This document shows positions 9,840 through 19,323 of a stretch of DNA of 40,669 nt, piece by piece. The DNA is taken from NCBI GenBank assembly GCA_018304605.1, contig JAGVVU010000009.1, positions 1 to 40,669 on the forward strand, given 5' to 3'. Within the stretch, counting starts at the first letter, position 1; each line of letters begins with the position of its first letter. Origin of the DNA: Candidatus Aenigmatarchaeota archaeon. Its GTDB lineage: Archaea; Aenigmatarchaeota; Aenigmatarchaeia; GW2011-AR5. Both the position numbers and the translations under genes were made by a program. The notes beneath the pieces are model-generated. The model was not told the DNA's origin. It saw nothing but the letters and a program-made list of their open reading frames with translations, and searched no databases.

Positions 9840-10069
9840 ATATTCTGCATGAAAAACGGATATTCTCTTCTGTGCCTTATTGCAGACACCGTACCCGGAA
9901 ACGGCCTCCCGAGTTCTTCTGCGTGCCTGGCCTGGTAATCGACATCCAGTTCCTGTGCGCCCTGGAACTCCCTGTAGTCATCCATGACATCATGTGCTAC
10001 TTTGCCTGCAACATAGACAGCAGCGGCCCCGACCGCAACCCATTTTACAATGCTTGATGTTCTTGGCAT
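9827..10069 (-). CDS. Small hypothetical protein with N-terminal hydrophobic helix
   Basis: WVAVGAAAVYVAG segment; SD-like GGTGA upstream; directly downstream of EF-2. Confidence 0.55.
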   Translation of the reverse strand: MPRTSSIVKWVAVGAAAVYVAGKVAHDVMDDYREFQGAQELDVDYQARHAEELGRPFPGTVSAIRHRREYPFFMQNIQNL

Positions 10070-10114
10070 CTTTTCACCATGATTCTTTTCTATTGAAGAT
10101 TTTCAAAGAAAAGC

Positions 10115-12322
10115 TTAAATCTGCGGTATGTCCTTCGAAAGGCCTTTGCGCTCGCGAATCTTCTGTATCGTCGCTGTTTTCAGGTCTTCCGGGAGCCTCT
10201 CGAATCTCACGTCGACCAGCGAGTAGAAGCCCTTGCCCCCGGTTGCGGACTTCAGCTGTCCCTCAAACCCGAACATCTCAGCGACCGGCAGCTTTGACTG
10301 CACTATGGCCGCGCCCATCTCCGTCTTGACGTCGAGCACGGTGCCTCTCCTGTTCTGCACTTGGTTCATCGCGTTGCTCATGAGCTCTTCCGGAACGTCT
10401 ATTCTTATCACCTGGACGGGCTCGAGAAGCGTCGGCTTCGCCCTGAGAACTGCCTCTTTTATCGCGTCGCTCACAGCCGGCAGCACCTGCGCCGGTCCCC
10501 TGTGTATTGCATCTTCGTGCAGCTTCGCGTCTGTCAGCTTTATCTTTATGCCGGTGCACGGTTCGCCGCACAGCGGCCCATTGTCCATCACGCGCTCGAA
10601 CGCTTCCGTGACGAGCTCCATCGTCTCGCTCAGGTATTGTATGCCCTTTGTCACGTCGACAAGGCTGTTCCTGTTGAAAATGTCATATAGCTTTTTCGCC
10701 TCATCCCGGTCCATGCCCGCTTCCACGAGCTTTGGTATAAGCTCTTTCAGGTATTTCCTCACATTTTTCTCCTCTATCCTGCCGTCCGCGAGCGCCTCGT
10801 ACAATCCCGGTTCCATCGGCTCGACCTTCACGTAGAAGCGGTTGTGCTTGTTCGATGATTTCCCTTCCACCTCGGGACTTTCCAGCCTGACGGTTTCCCT
10901 GTATATGACTATGGGGGGCGACGTTGTCACATTCAGTCCCTTCTCCTTCAGGGGCCTTTCTATCTTGGCATCTATGTGAAGCTCGCCCAGTCCTGAAACG
11001 AGATATTCGCCCGTCTCCTCGTTTATCTTGATGGCGAGCGTCGGGTCTTCGCGGCTTATCTGCCTGAGAAACATTATCAGCTTCGGAAGGTCTTTCGGGT
11101 CCTTGCATTCTATCGACTTCGTGACGACAGGCTCGAACATGTGCTTTATCGCCTCGAACGGCTCTATCTCCCTTTCGGGATCGCAAAGCGTCTCGCCCGA
11201 GAATGTGTCGGTCAATCCCACTATCCCGACTATGTTGCCCGGGCTTATCTCGTCCATCTGCACGCGCTGCGGCCCTTTGTAGATGGAGACCTGCTGTATC
11301 CGTTTTGTCATGTGCTGGCTTACCAGGCGCACTTCCTGCCCCTTCCTGAGCGTGCCGGAGAATATTCTGCCCGTGGCAACAAGTCCTGCATGAGGATCAG
11401 GCACCACTTTTGTGATTATGATGGCAAGCGGCCCGTTCGGGTCCATAGCCAGCATGCTCTTTCCTATCTCGCTCTCAAGGGAGCCGTGCCAGACTTTTTC
11501 TATCCTGTATTTCTGCGCATCCGCCGGATTAGGCAGGTGCTTCACGACAGCATTGAGCAGGCCCCTGTGCAGCGGCGCCCGCCTCGAGAGCTCTTCATCA
11601 TTTCCGCTTGTCGTGTAGTCTATGATATCCTTGAATGTTATCCCTTCCTTTTTCATGTACGGGACGCTTATCGCCCATTTACGGTAGCCCGAGCCGAAAG
11701 CCACGGACCCATCGTCGACCTTTACCATGCATCCCTCTGCAAACTCTTTCTCGGCGTATTTCTGTATCAGCCTGTTTACCTGCGTGATGATGCCGACGAA
11801 TCTCTCCTGCATCTGTTCCGGAGTAAGCTTGAGCTCGCGTATCAATCTGTCCACCTTGTTGATGAAGAGGATTGGCTTGACGCGTTCGTGAAGGGCCTGC
11901 CTTACGACCGTCTCGGTCTGGGGCATCACGCCTTCGACCGCATCGGTAAGTATTACAGCACCGTCCACCGCCCTCATTGCCCGTGTGACGTCGCCTCCGA
12001 AGTCGACGTGGCCCGGCGTGTCGATGAGGTTGATGAGATAAGTTTCAGGATGGCTGACGCCTTTGGCGTCTGTCGTTTCGATATCATGGACCATGGACAC
12101 GTTTGCGGCGAATATTGTGATGCCTCTTTCCTGCTCCTGCTTGTCGAAGTCGGTGAACAGCTGCGTGCCTGCCAGCTGTTCGGACATCATGCCTGCCCCG
12201 GCTACCAGCGAATCAGTGAGAGTCGTCTTCCCATGGTCGATATGAGCGGCTATTGCGATATTCCTAATATGCTTCGGGTCCTTCATCAAATCCACAATTT
12301 CTTCAGATCGGTCTTTTGCCAT
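10115..12322 (-). CDS. fusA: Elongation factor aEF-2
   Basis: AHIDHGKTT, DTPGHVDFGGDVTRAMRAVDG and the diphthamide loop HEDAIHRGPAQV. Confidence 0.98.
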   Translation of the reverse strand: MAKDRSEEIVDLMKDPKHIRNIAIAAHIDHGKTTLTDSLVAGAGMMSEQLAGTQLFTDFDKQEQERGITIFAANVSMVHDIETTDAKGVSHPETYLINLIDTPGHVDFGGDVTRAMRAVDGAVILTDAVEGVMPQTETVVRQALHERVKPILFINKVDRLIRELKLTPEQMQERFVGIITQVNRLIQKYAEKEFAEGCMVKVDDGSVAFGSGYRKWAISVPYMKKEGITFKDIIDYTTSGNDEELSRRAPLHRGLLNAVVKHLPNPADAQKYRIEKVWHGSLESEIGKSMLAMDPNGPLAIIITKVVPDPHAGLVATGRIFSGTLRKGQEVRLVSQHMTKRIQQVSIYKGPQRVQMDEISPGNIVGIVGLTDTFSGETLCDPEREIEPFEAIKHMFEPVVTKSIECKDPKDLPKLIMFLRQISREDPTLAIKINEETGEYLVSGLGELHIDAKIERPLKEKGLNVTTSPPIVIYRETVRLESPEVEGKSSNKHNRFYVKVEPMEPGLYEALADGRIEEKNVRKYLKELIPKLVEAGMDRDEAKKLYDIFNRNSLVDVTKGIQYLSETMELVTEAFERVMDNGPLCGEPCTGIKIKLTDAKLHEDAIHRGPAQVLPAVSDAIKEAVLRAKPTLLEPVQVIRIDVPEELMSNAMNQVQNRRGTVLDVKTEMGAAIVQSKLPVAEMFGFEGQLKSATGGKGFYSLVDVRFERLPEDLKTATIQKIRERKGLSKDIPQI

Positions 12323-12521
12323 TTTTATCCCCCTTGATAATATTTTTTGGATTAGTTAATATAAAATGCAATTGCATAGAAAGCGGCAGCTATCCTGCGG
12401 CTTATTCATGAAATAAAAGAACAGCACCTTTCATATTTCTCATTGGTATATTGAAAGCAAAGGTTAAAATACGTTTTGTTTTCGGCTTATCTTTCTTAAG
12501 TTCATTTTACGTAGTATTCTT

Positions 12522-13217
12522 ATGGACGTAATCACCCAGCCGGAATTCATGGAATTGTACAAAAAAGGCGAACGAATATTTGAAAATAAATTCATGCAAT
12601 TTTTTGACGTTTCCAATATCGCGCTGGAAGGCATTGCATTCAAGAACTGCAATCTGTTTTTCTGCACGTTCAGGAACATTGTTTTAAAGAACGCCTCTTT
12701 CGAGAACTGCACGATATACAATGGCAGCTTCTATACAGGCAGCGCCGAAAATCTGATATTCGATAAATGCAGCATGGAGCTGACGCTTTTTGACAGTTTC
12801 CAGTTTTCGCGGACATCAATGAAAAAGTGCAGTATGCAATGGTGCGGGTTTCTTAATTCCAATGTCGCAAGCGTGGACATGTCCACATCCTCCCAGTTCA
12901 AGACAATTACTGATTTGTCCCAAGTGACTCCGGCTGACATAGATTACATAATATCGGTTGTCATGCAGAAAGTTGAGAGGCTGGATATGGATATGCGCCT
13001 GAAAGTCAAGGAAATAATAAGGGCGGATATTGAAAGGTACAAATTGGAGAATCCTGAGGAAAAGCAGGGCAAATATGGAACAGCTTCTTCAGATTCTGAC
13101 GCTCCGCTTACATACGGAGAAGTAAGGGGAGTTGTGGAATCATTTTTCTATGGCACGCAAAGTCCGTACAAAACAAAAAAGCATGCATACGAAACATCGG
13201 GCGCATATAAGAAATAA
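12522..13217 (+). CDS. Pentapeptide-repeat protein
   Basis: Five-residue periodicity (FKNCN LFFCT FRNIV LKNAS FENCT) in the N-terminal half. Confidence 0.75.
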   Translation: MDVITQPEFMELYKKGERIFENKFMQFFDVSNIALEGIAFKNCNLFFCTFRNIVLKNASFENCTIYNGSFYTGSAENLIFDKCSMELTLFDSFQFSRTSMKKCSMQWCGFLNSNVASVDMSTSSQFKTITDLSQVTPADIDYIISVVMQKVERLDMDMRLKVKEIIRADIERYKLENPEEKQGKYGTASSDSDAPLTYGEVRGVVESFFYGTQSPYKTKKHAYETSGAYKK

Positions 13218-13250
13218 AAGCGTCCTCCTAAAGATATATCTAGAGAAACC

Positions 13251-13724
13251 ATGGGCAGAAAGAAGATAAGGCTTCCGCTGATTTTTGTAGTAATAATTCT
13301 GATTGCTTACGGCGTGAATTCTTATGTATCTGACATGTCGCTGTCCCAGAAAGAAGAGAGCTACGTGACAAAAGTGATAGACGGCGACACGGTCGTGATC
13401 GGGGGCGGCCAGCGTGTCCGCCTGCTGTCCATAGACACGCGGGAGCGCGGGGAGAACTGCTACAACGAAGCCAAGCAGAGGTTGGAGGAGCTTGTCCTGC
13501 TGAAGAATATTACGCTGGAGCGGGACAAAGAAGACAAGGACCGGTATGACAGGTTGCTCCGCTACATCTATGTCGGCGACGAGATGATAAATATCCAGAT
13601 GATAGAAGAAGGGCTTGCCGTGGCATACATCTACGAGCCGAACGTGAAATACCGCTCTGCGTTTCTTGAAGCCGAGACCGCAGCAAGAGACGAAGGCGGA
13701 TGCGTGTGGACGAATTTGCCTTAA
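13251..13724 (+). CDS. Thermonuclease (SNase) family protein with N-terminal membrane anchor
   Basis: VIDGDT, VRLLSIDTRE and DRYDRLLRYIY motifs. Confidence 0.92.
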   Translation: MGRKKIRLPLIFVVIILIAYGVNSYVSDMSLSQKEESYVTKVIDGDTVVIGGGQRVRLLSIDTRERGENCYNEAKQRLEELVLLKNITLERDKEDKDRYDRLLRYIYVGDEMINIQMIEEGLAVAYIYEPNVKYRSAFLEAETAARDEGGCVWTNLP

Positions 13725-13757
13725 TATACTTTATTCTACAACTAATCGCGTGATAAA

Positions 13758-14732
13758 ATGCCTGAAGGAAAATTCGGAAAATATTCTTACGAGCTGATAA
13801 AGCCGGAGCAGAAGGACAGGATCCTCAGGGACCTCACGAAAAAGTACCTGCACGACAGGAAGGCGAGCATCCACGGCATGTGCATCGAGCTGCTTACAGA
13901 CAGCAACGAGTTCAAGGAGATGTGGGAGGACAATTTCTTCCATATCAACGACGAGGTAAGGCCCCACGGCAGGATAGTGGCTGTCAGGGACGAGAACCCC
14001 GAGGTCCGCGTGCTGTACGAGCCGGCTTCCAAGACATGCTTCATAATAAACGCGGATTACTACGGCTGGGTCAAGAGCTTCGCTCTTGGGGTGGCAGCCG
14101 ACTTCCTCGAGGAATATGTTTCGATACACAGCCGCTTCTCCGTGCACGGGTCCTGCATCGATTTCTCCGGGCGGGGAATAGCGCTGATCGCGATGTCCGG
14201 GGCGGGCAAGACGACGCATTCCTTCGGGCTTCTCCTGCTGGACAAGGCAAAGCTCATCACGGACGACTGGTTCTTCGTCAAGCTCACCAAGGATGATGTG
14301 ATTGCATACGCTTCGGAACGCCAGAGCTATATAACTGACGACATAGGCAAGATCTGGAAGATCTTTGAGCCGCTGGTCAAGGATACCAAGCTGGACAAGA
14401 AGGGCAGAGGAATAGCAAATATAGAAAATGCCCTGGGCACTTTCAAGAAAAGAAGCCTGACGGTTGTCCAAAAGGTGCTCTTGATGAAGTCTGATCCGAA
14501 CGACAAGACAATACTGAAAAAGGTCTCTGTAGACGAGGCGATAGAGTATCTCGTCGCGAACAACTTCTGCAACCCGTACCAGATGGTGAAGGATGAACGC
14601 AAGCTGGCGCTACGCATAGAATTCTTCCGCGAGATGTTCAGGAACACGGAAGTCTACATGTTCAACAACAACAAGGAGCTGCCGATAGAGGAGACGCACG
14701 GCGCCCTGCGGGAGCTTGCAAAGGAATTGTAG
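13758..14732 (+). CDS. HPr kinase/PEP carboxykinase-like P-loop protein
   Basis: VHGSCI...LIAMSGAGKTT Walker A followed by LITDDW. Confidence 0.7.
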   Translation: MPEGKFGKYSYELIKPEQKDRILRDLTKKYLHDRKASIHGMCIELLTDSNEFKEMWEDNFFHINDEVRPHGRIVAVRDENPEVRVLYEPASKTCFIINADYYGWVKSFALGVAADFLEEYVSIHSRFSVHGSCIDFSGRGIALIAMSGAGKTTHSFGLLLLDKAKLITDDWFFVKLTKDDVIAYASERQSYITDDIGKIWKIFEPLVKDTKLDKKGRGIANIENALGTFKKRSLTVVQKVLLMKSDPNDKTILKKVSVDEAIEYLVANNFCNPYQMVKDERKLALRIEFFREMFRNTEVYMFNNNKELPIEETHGALRELAKEL

Positions 14733-14759
14733 ATTTAAGCGTACGATATAATTTTTCTT

Positions 14760-15470
14760 ATGTTTCTCGACAGGCCGATTCTTGCCATTTTCGCGCATCC
14801 CGACGACGAATCTTTTATCGTTGGGGGCGCGCTGACATTTGCCGCGAGGAAAACACAGGTTAAGATTATTGTTGCAACACGCGGCGAGAAGGGAAAGCGC
14901 TACATTGATTATGAAATAGGGGACGAAAATCTTGCCGCGATGCGCAGAAGGGAGCTTGAGGATGCAGCAAAAGCTCTGGGCATCAAGGATTTCATTGTTT
15001 GGGATTACAAAGACGGGCAACTTGACCAGGCTGATGAGAAAGAAATCGTTGCCAGACTAGTTAATGAAATACGCGCTTTCAGCCCGGAGAGCGTTCTTAC
15101 ATTCGGCCCAGACGGTATGACAGCTCATCGCGACCATATCGCTATAGGGAAATTCGCAACGAAAGCTGTTGCGCAGCTCGGAAATGTGGAATTGTTTTGG
15201 GTTGCGAGGCCGAGGCATGTGATTGAAAGCAATAAGTGGCATCGAAATGGGGCCCAATATACAAAAGCTTCAGAAGTGCCTTACAATGACGATGAGTTGA
15301 TTCGCATAGATGTAAGCGATGTTATCGATTCCAAAGTGAAGGCTATTTCCTCCCACGCAAGCCAGGGACCCGGAAGATATCTGGCTTCTGGAATGAAAGA
15401 ACTTATCAGCTCCGAATACTTCTACAAAGTCAAAGAAGAAATTCTCAAGAGTTACAGATATAGTGAATGA
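14760..15470 (+). CDS. PIG-L family N-acetylglucosamine deacetylase
   Basis: AHPDDE, TRGEKG, HRDH and HASQ motifs. Confidence 0.9.
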   Translation: MFLDRPILAIFAHPDDESFIVGGALTFAARKTQVKIIVATRGEKGKRYIDYEIGDENLAAMRRRELEDAAKALGIKDFIVWDYKDGQLDQADEKEIVARLVNEIRAFSPESVLTFGPDGMTAHRDHIAIGKFATKAVAQLGNVELFWVARPRHVIESNKWHRNGAQYTKASEVPYNDDELIRIDVSDVIDSKVKAISSHASQGPGRYLASGMKELISSEYFYKVKEEILKSYRYSE

Positions 15471-15554
15471 CATAATATTTCATACAAAACTGATGCCATT
15501 CACATATAGCACTGACAAACTATTATGTACAACAACTTTTGTCAGATGCTATAG

Positions 15555-16289
15555 TTACCTTGCGCCGCTTGCCTCGCGCTCTATGCGCTCTTTCTCTTTT
15601 ATCGCAAAACTATCGGCTGAATTCTTGTATGCCGCCATAAGCTCTTCTGCCAAGGCATCTGCCAGCGGCTTCTTCTTGTTGAAGGAGCGGCGATACGCTG
15701 ATTGCGCGAAGAAGCGGAGCGTCTTGTCGACGCGCCTTTGCGGCGCCGTTATCACTGATTCGCGGGCCATTATGCTGCCCAACTGATACGAGATGACTTC
15801 CTCGCGAAGGGCCGCGTTTTCTATCGCCTTCACCAAAACCTCGATAGGATTCTTGTTTTCCTTCTTCTCTATGATTTCCAGCGCCTTCTCGACTACGCCG
15901 ATGACATTGCTATAATTTCCGCCAAACTTGCCGGAAGTCAGCTTATGCTTCTTTCCGGTGTGCCCGGAAACGGACATTTTCAGCGCAAGCCGCTCAGTGA
16001 TGTGCATCCTTGACTTGTGGAACCTTCCGCGCTGCGTGCCGGCTGAGCGCGGCAGCATCTTCGGGTCAAGATTTATGTAGCCCCTGAGGCTCGGGTCGTT
16101 AACCGGGACGTTTGTGTCCCATCTGTTGAAAAGCTTTACAGTGAAAACGTGCTTTTCCCTTTTTCTGACGGGCTTTTGAGCCCTTTTCCTCGGTGCGCCG
16201 TATCTTGGCGGCATGCTCTTGCCGTATCTTGGAGGGCCCCTTCCTGCGTCTCTTTCCTCTTCTTCCATCCTTGTTCCTCGTCTTTCCAT
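15555..16289 (-). CDS. rps7: 30S ribosomal protein uS7 with N-terminal extension
   Basis: NPIEVLVKAIENA, APQRRVD and KEKERIEREASGAR motifs; start at 16289 or 16268. Confidence 0.96.
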   Translation of the reverse strand: MERRGTRMEEEERDAGRGPPRYGKSMPPRYGAPRKRAQKPVRKREKHVFTVKLFNRWDTNVPVNDPSLRGYINLDPKMLPRSAGTQRGRFHKSRMHITERLALKMSVSGHTGKKHKLTSGKFGGNYSNVIGVVEKALEIIEKKENKNPIEVLVKAIENAALREEVISYQLGSIMARESVITAPQRRVDKTLRFFAQSAYRRSFNKKKPLADALAEELMAAYKNSADSFAIKEKERIEREASGAR

Positions 16290-16385
16290 AATAATTACTC
16301 TTTGATTTTTCAAACAAATATTTTCTTTTGGCTTAATGATTTTTCTTTAATATTCTTTTCCAAGATTTTCTTTCTAAGAAAAGCC

Positions 16386-16811
16386 TTACTTGAGCGACTT
16401 CTGCTTCTTTCCTGTCCTTATCGCTTCTAGCGAAACATCATTGACCTTGATCACCGCGTATTTCACGCCGCCCATGCTGCCGACGGAGCCGCCCTGGCTG
16501 CCGCCTATGCCCTCGATTACGACCTGGTCGTGCTCCGAGACGTGGTTGATCGCGCCTGTTCTCGGCACGTGCGCGGTCACCTGCTTTCCGTTCTTGATGA
16601 GCCTTACGCGCACGCACTTTATCAGGCCGGAGTGGGGCTGCTTTTGCTCCACGACTCGCTTCTCCAGCACGATGCCTTTTGCCTGTGGAGCGCCCTCCAT
16701 AGGGTCTTTTTTCTTCTTTATCTGCAGAACGCGATTCCTATATTTAATCTGCTTCCACTTGTATCTCTTCCTGTCCTTTTTCAGTTTCCTTGCTGCGAAT
16801 TCTCCTGCCAT
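16386..16811 (-). CDS. rps12: 30S ribosomal protein uS12
   Basis: [20 protein letters not shown] and [16 protein letters not shown] motifs. Confidence 0.96.
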   Translation of the reverse strand: MAGEFAARKLKKDRKRYKWKQIKYRNRVLQIKKKKDPMEGAPQAKGIVLEKRVVEQKQPHSGLIKCVRVRLIKNGKQVTAHVPRTGAINHVSEHDQVVIEGIGGSQGGSVGSMGGVKYAVIKVNDVSLEAIRTGKKQKSLK

Positions 16812-16848
16812 TATCAATCCCTTTCTTTCAGACCCTGCCTTCAATATT

Positions 16849-17019
16849 ATCTTAGATTCATTGAAAACTGCCATCTTCAGATGGCAGATGAAACACAATG
16901 AATCTGGGATCCCATCTTCCAACACAAGAATGAGCAAAGCTCATTCCGTGCAGGATGGCTCTTCGAGCCATCCTTGCAAACCCACGACTTTAGTCGTGGG
17001 ATATAAGGAAGATGTGATT
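16849..17019 (+). repeat. Multi-hairpin structured non-coding element, copy A
   Basis: Homologous to 28212-28433 and 28096-28211; nested stems with compensatory changes; contains CCCACGAC-TTTA-GTCGTGGG. Confidence 0.9.
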
Positions 17020-17140
17020 TTACTTTCCTAATTTGAAAGATAAACTATAAAAGCGAATTTTTATCTTTGCGAATGCCAGTGAGCAAATTATAATAATTCT
17101 TTTTTGATTGAGATTTTTTCTTTTGAAGAAAAAAGCTCAC

Positions 17141-17545
17141 TTATTTCACCTTGAGTTCTTCCATGTCGAACAGCCGCTGCAGGAACTTGTTTATTATTTT
17201 TATGTTCTTTCCGCCCTTGCCTATCACCTTTGCCTTGTCGTTCGGCTTTATCTTGACGAATACAGTCTTCTCCTTCACGGAGAATTCCTGCACGCCCGGT
17301 ATTATGTTCTTTATGAACTCCTCAAGGCCCTCCGAATACTCGAAGACCTTTATGCTCTTCTTGAAGACACGCTCGGCGTTCTTTATCTTCGAGCCGTTCT
17401 TTCCGACGGTGGAGCCGTACTGTCCCTGCGCTATGACGAAGTATATCTCGTCACCCTCGCTTATCGCGTCAACGACAGAAGAACCAGTCAGATTCTGGAA
17501 TAGGCTTATTGACTGAATTGTATTCTGGTCAAGCGTTACTTTCAT
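17141..17545 (-). CDS. nusA: Archaeal NusA-like KH protein
   Basis: Two KH motifs (VGKNGSKIK, IGKGGKNIK); canonical position after L30e. Confidence 0.93.
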   Translation of the reverse strand: MKVTLDQNTIQSISLFQNLTGSSVVDAISEGDEIYFVIAQGQYGSTVGKNGSKIKNAERVFKKSIKVFEYSEGLEEFIKNIIPGVQEFSVKEKTVFVKIKPNDKAKVIGKGGKNIKIINKFLQRLFDMEELKVK

Positions 17546-17556
17546 TGATTTTCCTC

Positions 17557-17802
17557 TTATTTTAGTTCTGCATAGATGTCCGAAAAGCCCACCATTGCCA
17601 CAGGAAAGGGCTTTCCAAGCTTGGTTCCAAGCTGCGTCTGGTCGCCCTCGAACACGTCTATCTTGACGTTCCCGAGCTTTGCTGTCGCGCTCTTTGGGCA
17701 GTTCTTCGCCACTATGACCTTCTTGATGGCGCCGCTCTTCACGCCCCTGCTTATTTCCTTCGCGCCTATTATCATTTTTGTGTCTTTCGATTTTGCAGCC
17801 AT
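17557..17802 (-). CDS. rpl30e: 50S ribosomal protein eL30
   Basis: IIGAKE, VIVAKNCP and LGTKLGKPF motifs; canonical position after rpoA''. Confidence 0.88.
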   Translation of the reverse strand: MAAKSKDTKMIIGAKEISRGVKSGAIKKVIVAKNCPKSATAKLGNVKIDVFEGDQTQLGTKLGKPFPVAMVGFSDIYAELK

Positions 17803-17868
17803 ACAAATCCTTTTTCTTACGAAGAAAAAGTCTTTGTGAACCCAAAAAGAAATGATGTTCCTAAAGAC
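17803..17868 (-). repeat. Structured leader repeat directly upstream of the L30e ATG (copy 2 of 2)
   Basis: Near-identical to 4247-4310, in the same position relative to the start codon. Confidence 0.85.
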
Positions 17869-17988
17869 CCGCCTTCGTGTATATTCTGTTTTATTTCATA
17901 TTTTATAATAATTTTCTTTTGGACCCAGAGACCCTCTTTAATAATTCTTTTCCGAGGTTTTCTTTCTAAGAAAAGCTCAAGAAAAGGC

Positions 17989-19116
17989 TCACTCTTTTAT
18001 TTTCCTCATCTTCTTCATCTTTTCCATATCAACGGCAAGCTGGACCATTCCGGTGCCCACAGGGGCGATTTGCCCGACAAGTATGTTCTCTATTATTCCC
18101 TCGAGCTTGTCCTTCTCGCCGTAGAAGGACGCGTTGACCAGATGCTTCTTCGTTTCCTCGAAGTTCGCTCTCGCGAGCACGCTGGCTTTTTTCCCCGACA
18201 CGCCGTATCTGCCTATGTCCTTTATCGTGCCGTCAAACGTCATCATGTCCGCAAGCAGCATGAGGTGCCTTACGTCCACGTCCAGTCCCTGCTCATCCAG
18301 CGTGTCTTTGGATTCGAGAAGTATCATGTTCCTCGCGGCTTCCACGCCGAGCACGTCATAGACCTGGTGAATGTCGTTCGTCTTCGTCCTCGCTATGTCG
18401 ATGCCATCCACTCGCAGCACTTTTTTCAGGTTGGTCCCGGTCGTTTGTATTATCCAGTCCTCGTCTTCCTTTATGACGACCACGTTGTCGATGCCCTTTA
18501 TTCCCGCCGTGTGGAGCTTCATGAGCTTGTTCTTTATCTTCCTGAGGTTCTTGACGTTGTCTTTTTTCGGCTTTATGCAGACGTTCTTGCCCCTGACCGT
18601 CGTGTCGCAATCCTTGATGTGCTTCTCGAGCAGCTCCTTCACCTCGTCCTTGTAGCCTTCTTTCTCGAGCTCCAGCTCTATCTGCATGTTGACAAGGTCG
18701 ATGGAGTCGTAAACTATTATGTCGCTCATCTTCAGCGATTTTATCTTGCCTGCTATCTCCTTCGCCTTTTCCTTGCTGTTGTACTCCTTGTTCAGGTAGA
18801 TTGTCATGTTCTTCTCGAACGTCTTCCTCGCATCGAATATCTCTATCAGCCTTGGCAGGCCATGCGTGACCTTGGACAGCCTGTCGCTTTGCGAAGCCAT
18901 CGTGTAAGAACGCATCGTCATTTGCGTCGCGGGCTCGGAGATGCTTTGCGCCGCAATGATCCCTATTGCCTCGCCCGGCTCGTACTTGTATTTCTCGATG
19001 GCTTTGACCAGCATGGCGAGCTTCTCTTCCTTCTGCTTTCCCGTTACGCCGTTCTTCTTGCAGTATTCCTCGAAGTCCCTCATGACTTTATTCGGCAATG
19101 CTAATATTTCTGGCAT
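17989..19116 (-). CDS. rpoA2: DNA-directed RNA polymerase subunit A'' (Rpo1C)
   Basis: [38 protein letters not shown] and ENILVGQ motifs. Confidence 0.97.
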   Translation of the reverse strand: MPEILALPNKVMRDFEEYCKKNGVTGKQKEEKLAMLVKAIEKYKYEPGEAIGIIAAQSISEPATQMTMRSYTMASQSDRLSKVTHGLPRLIEIFDARKTFEKNMTIYLNKEYNSKEKAKEIAGKIKSLKMSDIIVYDSIDLVNMQIELELEKEGYKDEVKELLEKHIKDCDTTVRGKNVCIKPKKDNVKNLRKIKNKLMKLHTAGIKGIDNVVVIKEDEDWIIQTTGTNLKKVLRVDGIDIARTKTNDIHQVYDVLGVEAARNMILLESKDTLDEQGLDVDVRHLMLLADMMTFDGTIKDIGRYGVSGKKASVLARANFEETKKHLVNASFYGEKDKLEGIIENILVGQIAPVGTGMVQLAVDMEKMKKMRKIKE

Positions 19117-19118
19117 AA

Positions 19119-19322
19119 TTATTCACCTTTTTTGACTAATTCAAATATAGGAAATTCTGCATTATCGTCCTTGGTTATTTCTCCTGTAAAAACCAAATAA
19201 TGAAGAACAGAATCCACGTCTGCATGAGGCGCATATGCTTTTATCCCGTCTCGCGTTCCAAAGCCTAAACTTAATGCTTCATATACCACGTCGATATCAC
19301 CTGACGAAAGGGTTATAGTCAT
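19119..19322 (-). CDS. Small hypothetical protein (67 aa) between rpoA' and rpoA''
   Basis: ATG ORF with 1-2 nt spacing to both neighbours; visibly more AT-rich than they are. Confidence 0.6.
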   Translation of the reverse strand: MTITLSSGDIDVVYEALSLGFGTRDGIKAYAPHADVDSVLHYLVFTGEITKDDNAEFPIFELVKKGE

Positions 19323-19323
19323 A

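Noticed and set aside
10490-10530. Loss of the diphthamide target in EF-2
   Set aside because: The HEDAIHRGPAQV motif is intact.
11141-12337. Long antisense ORFs over EF-2, rpoA'' (17836-19104), rpoB and similar genes
   Set aside because: Shadow frames of genes with strong codon bias; no protein motifs.
16812-17031. N-terminal extension of S12 (ORF from 16937) and plus-strand ORF 16390-17031
   Set aside because: These frames run through the non-coding hairpin element; the conserved S12 start is at 16811.
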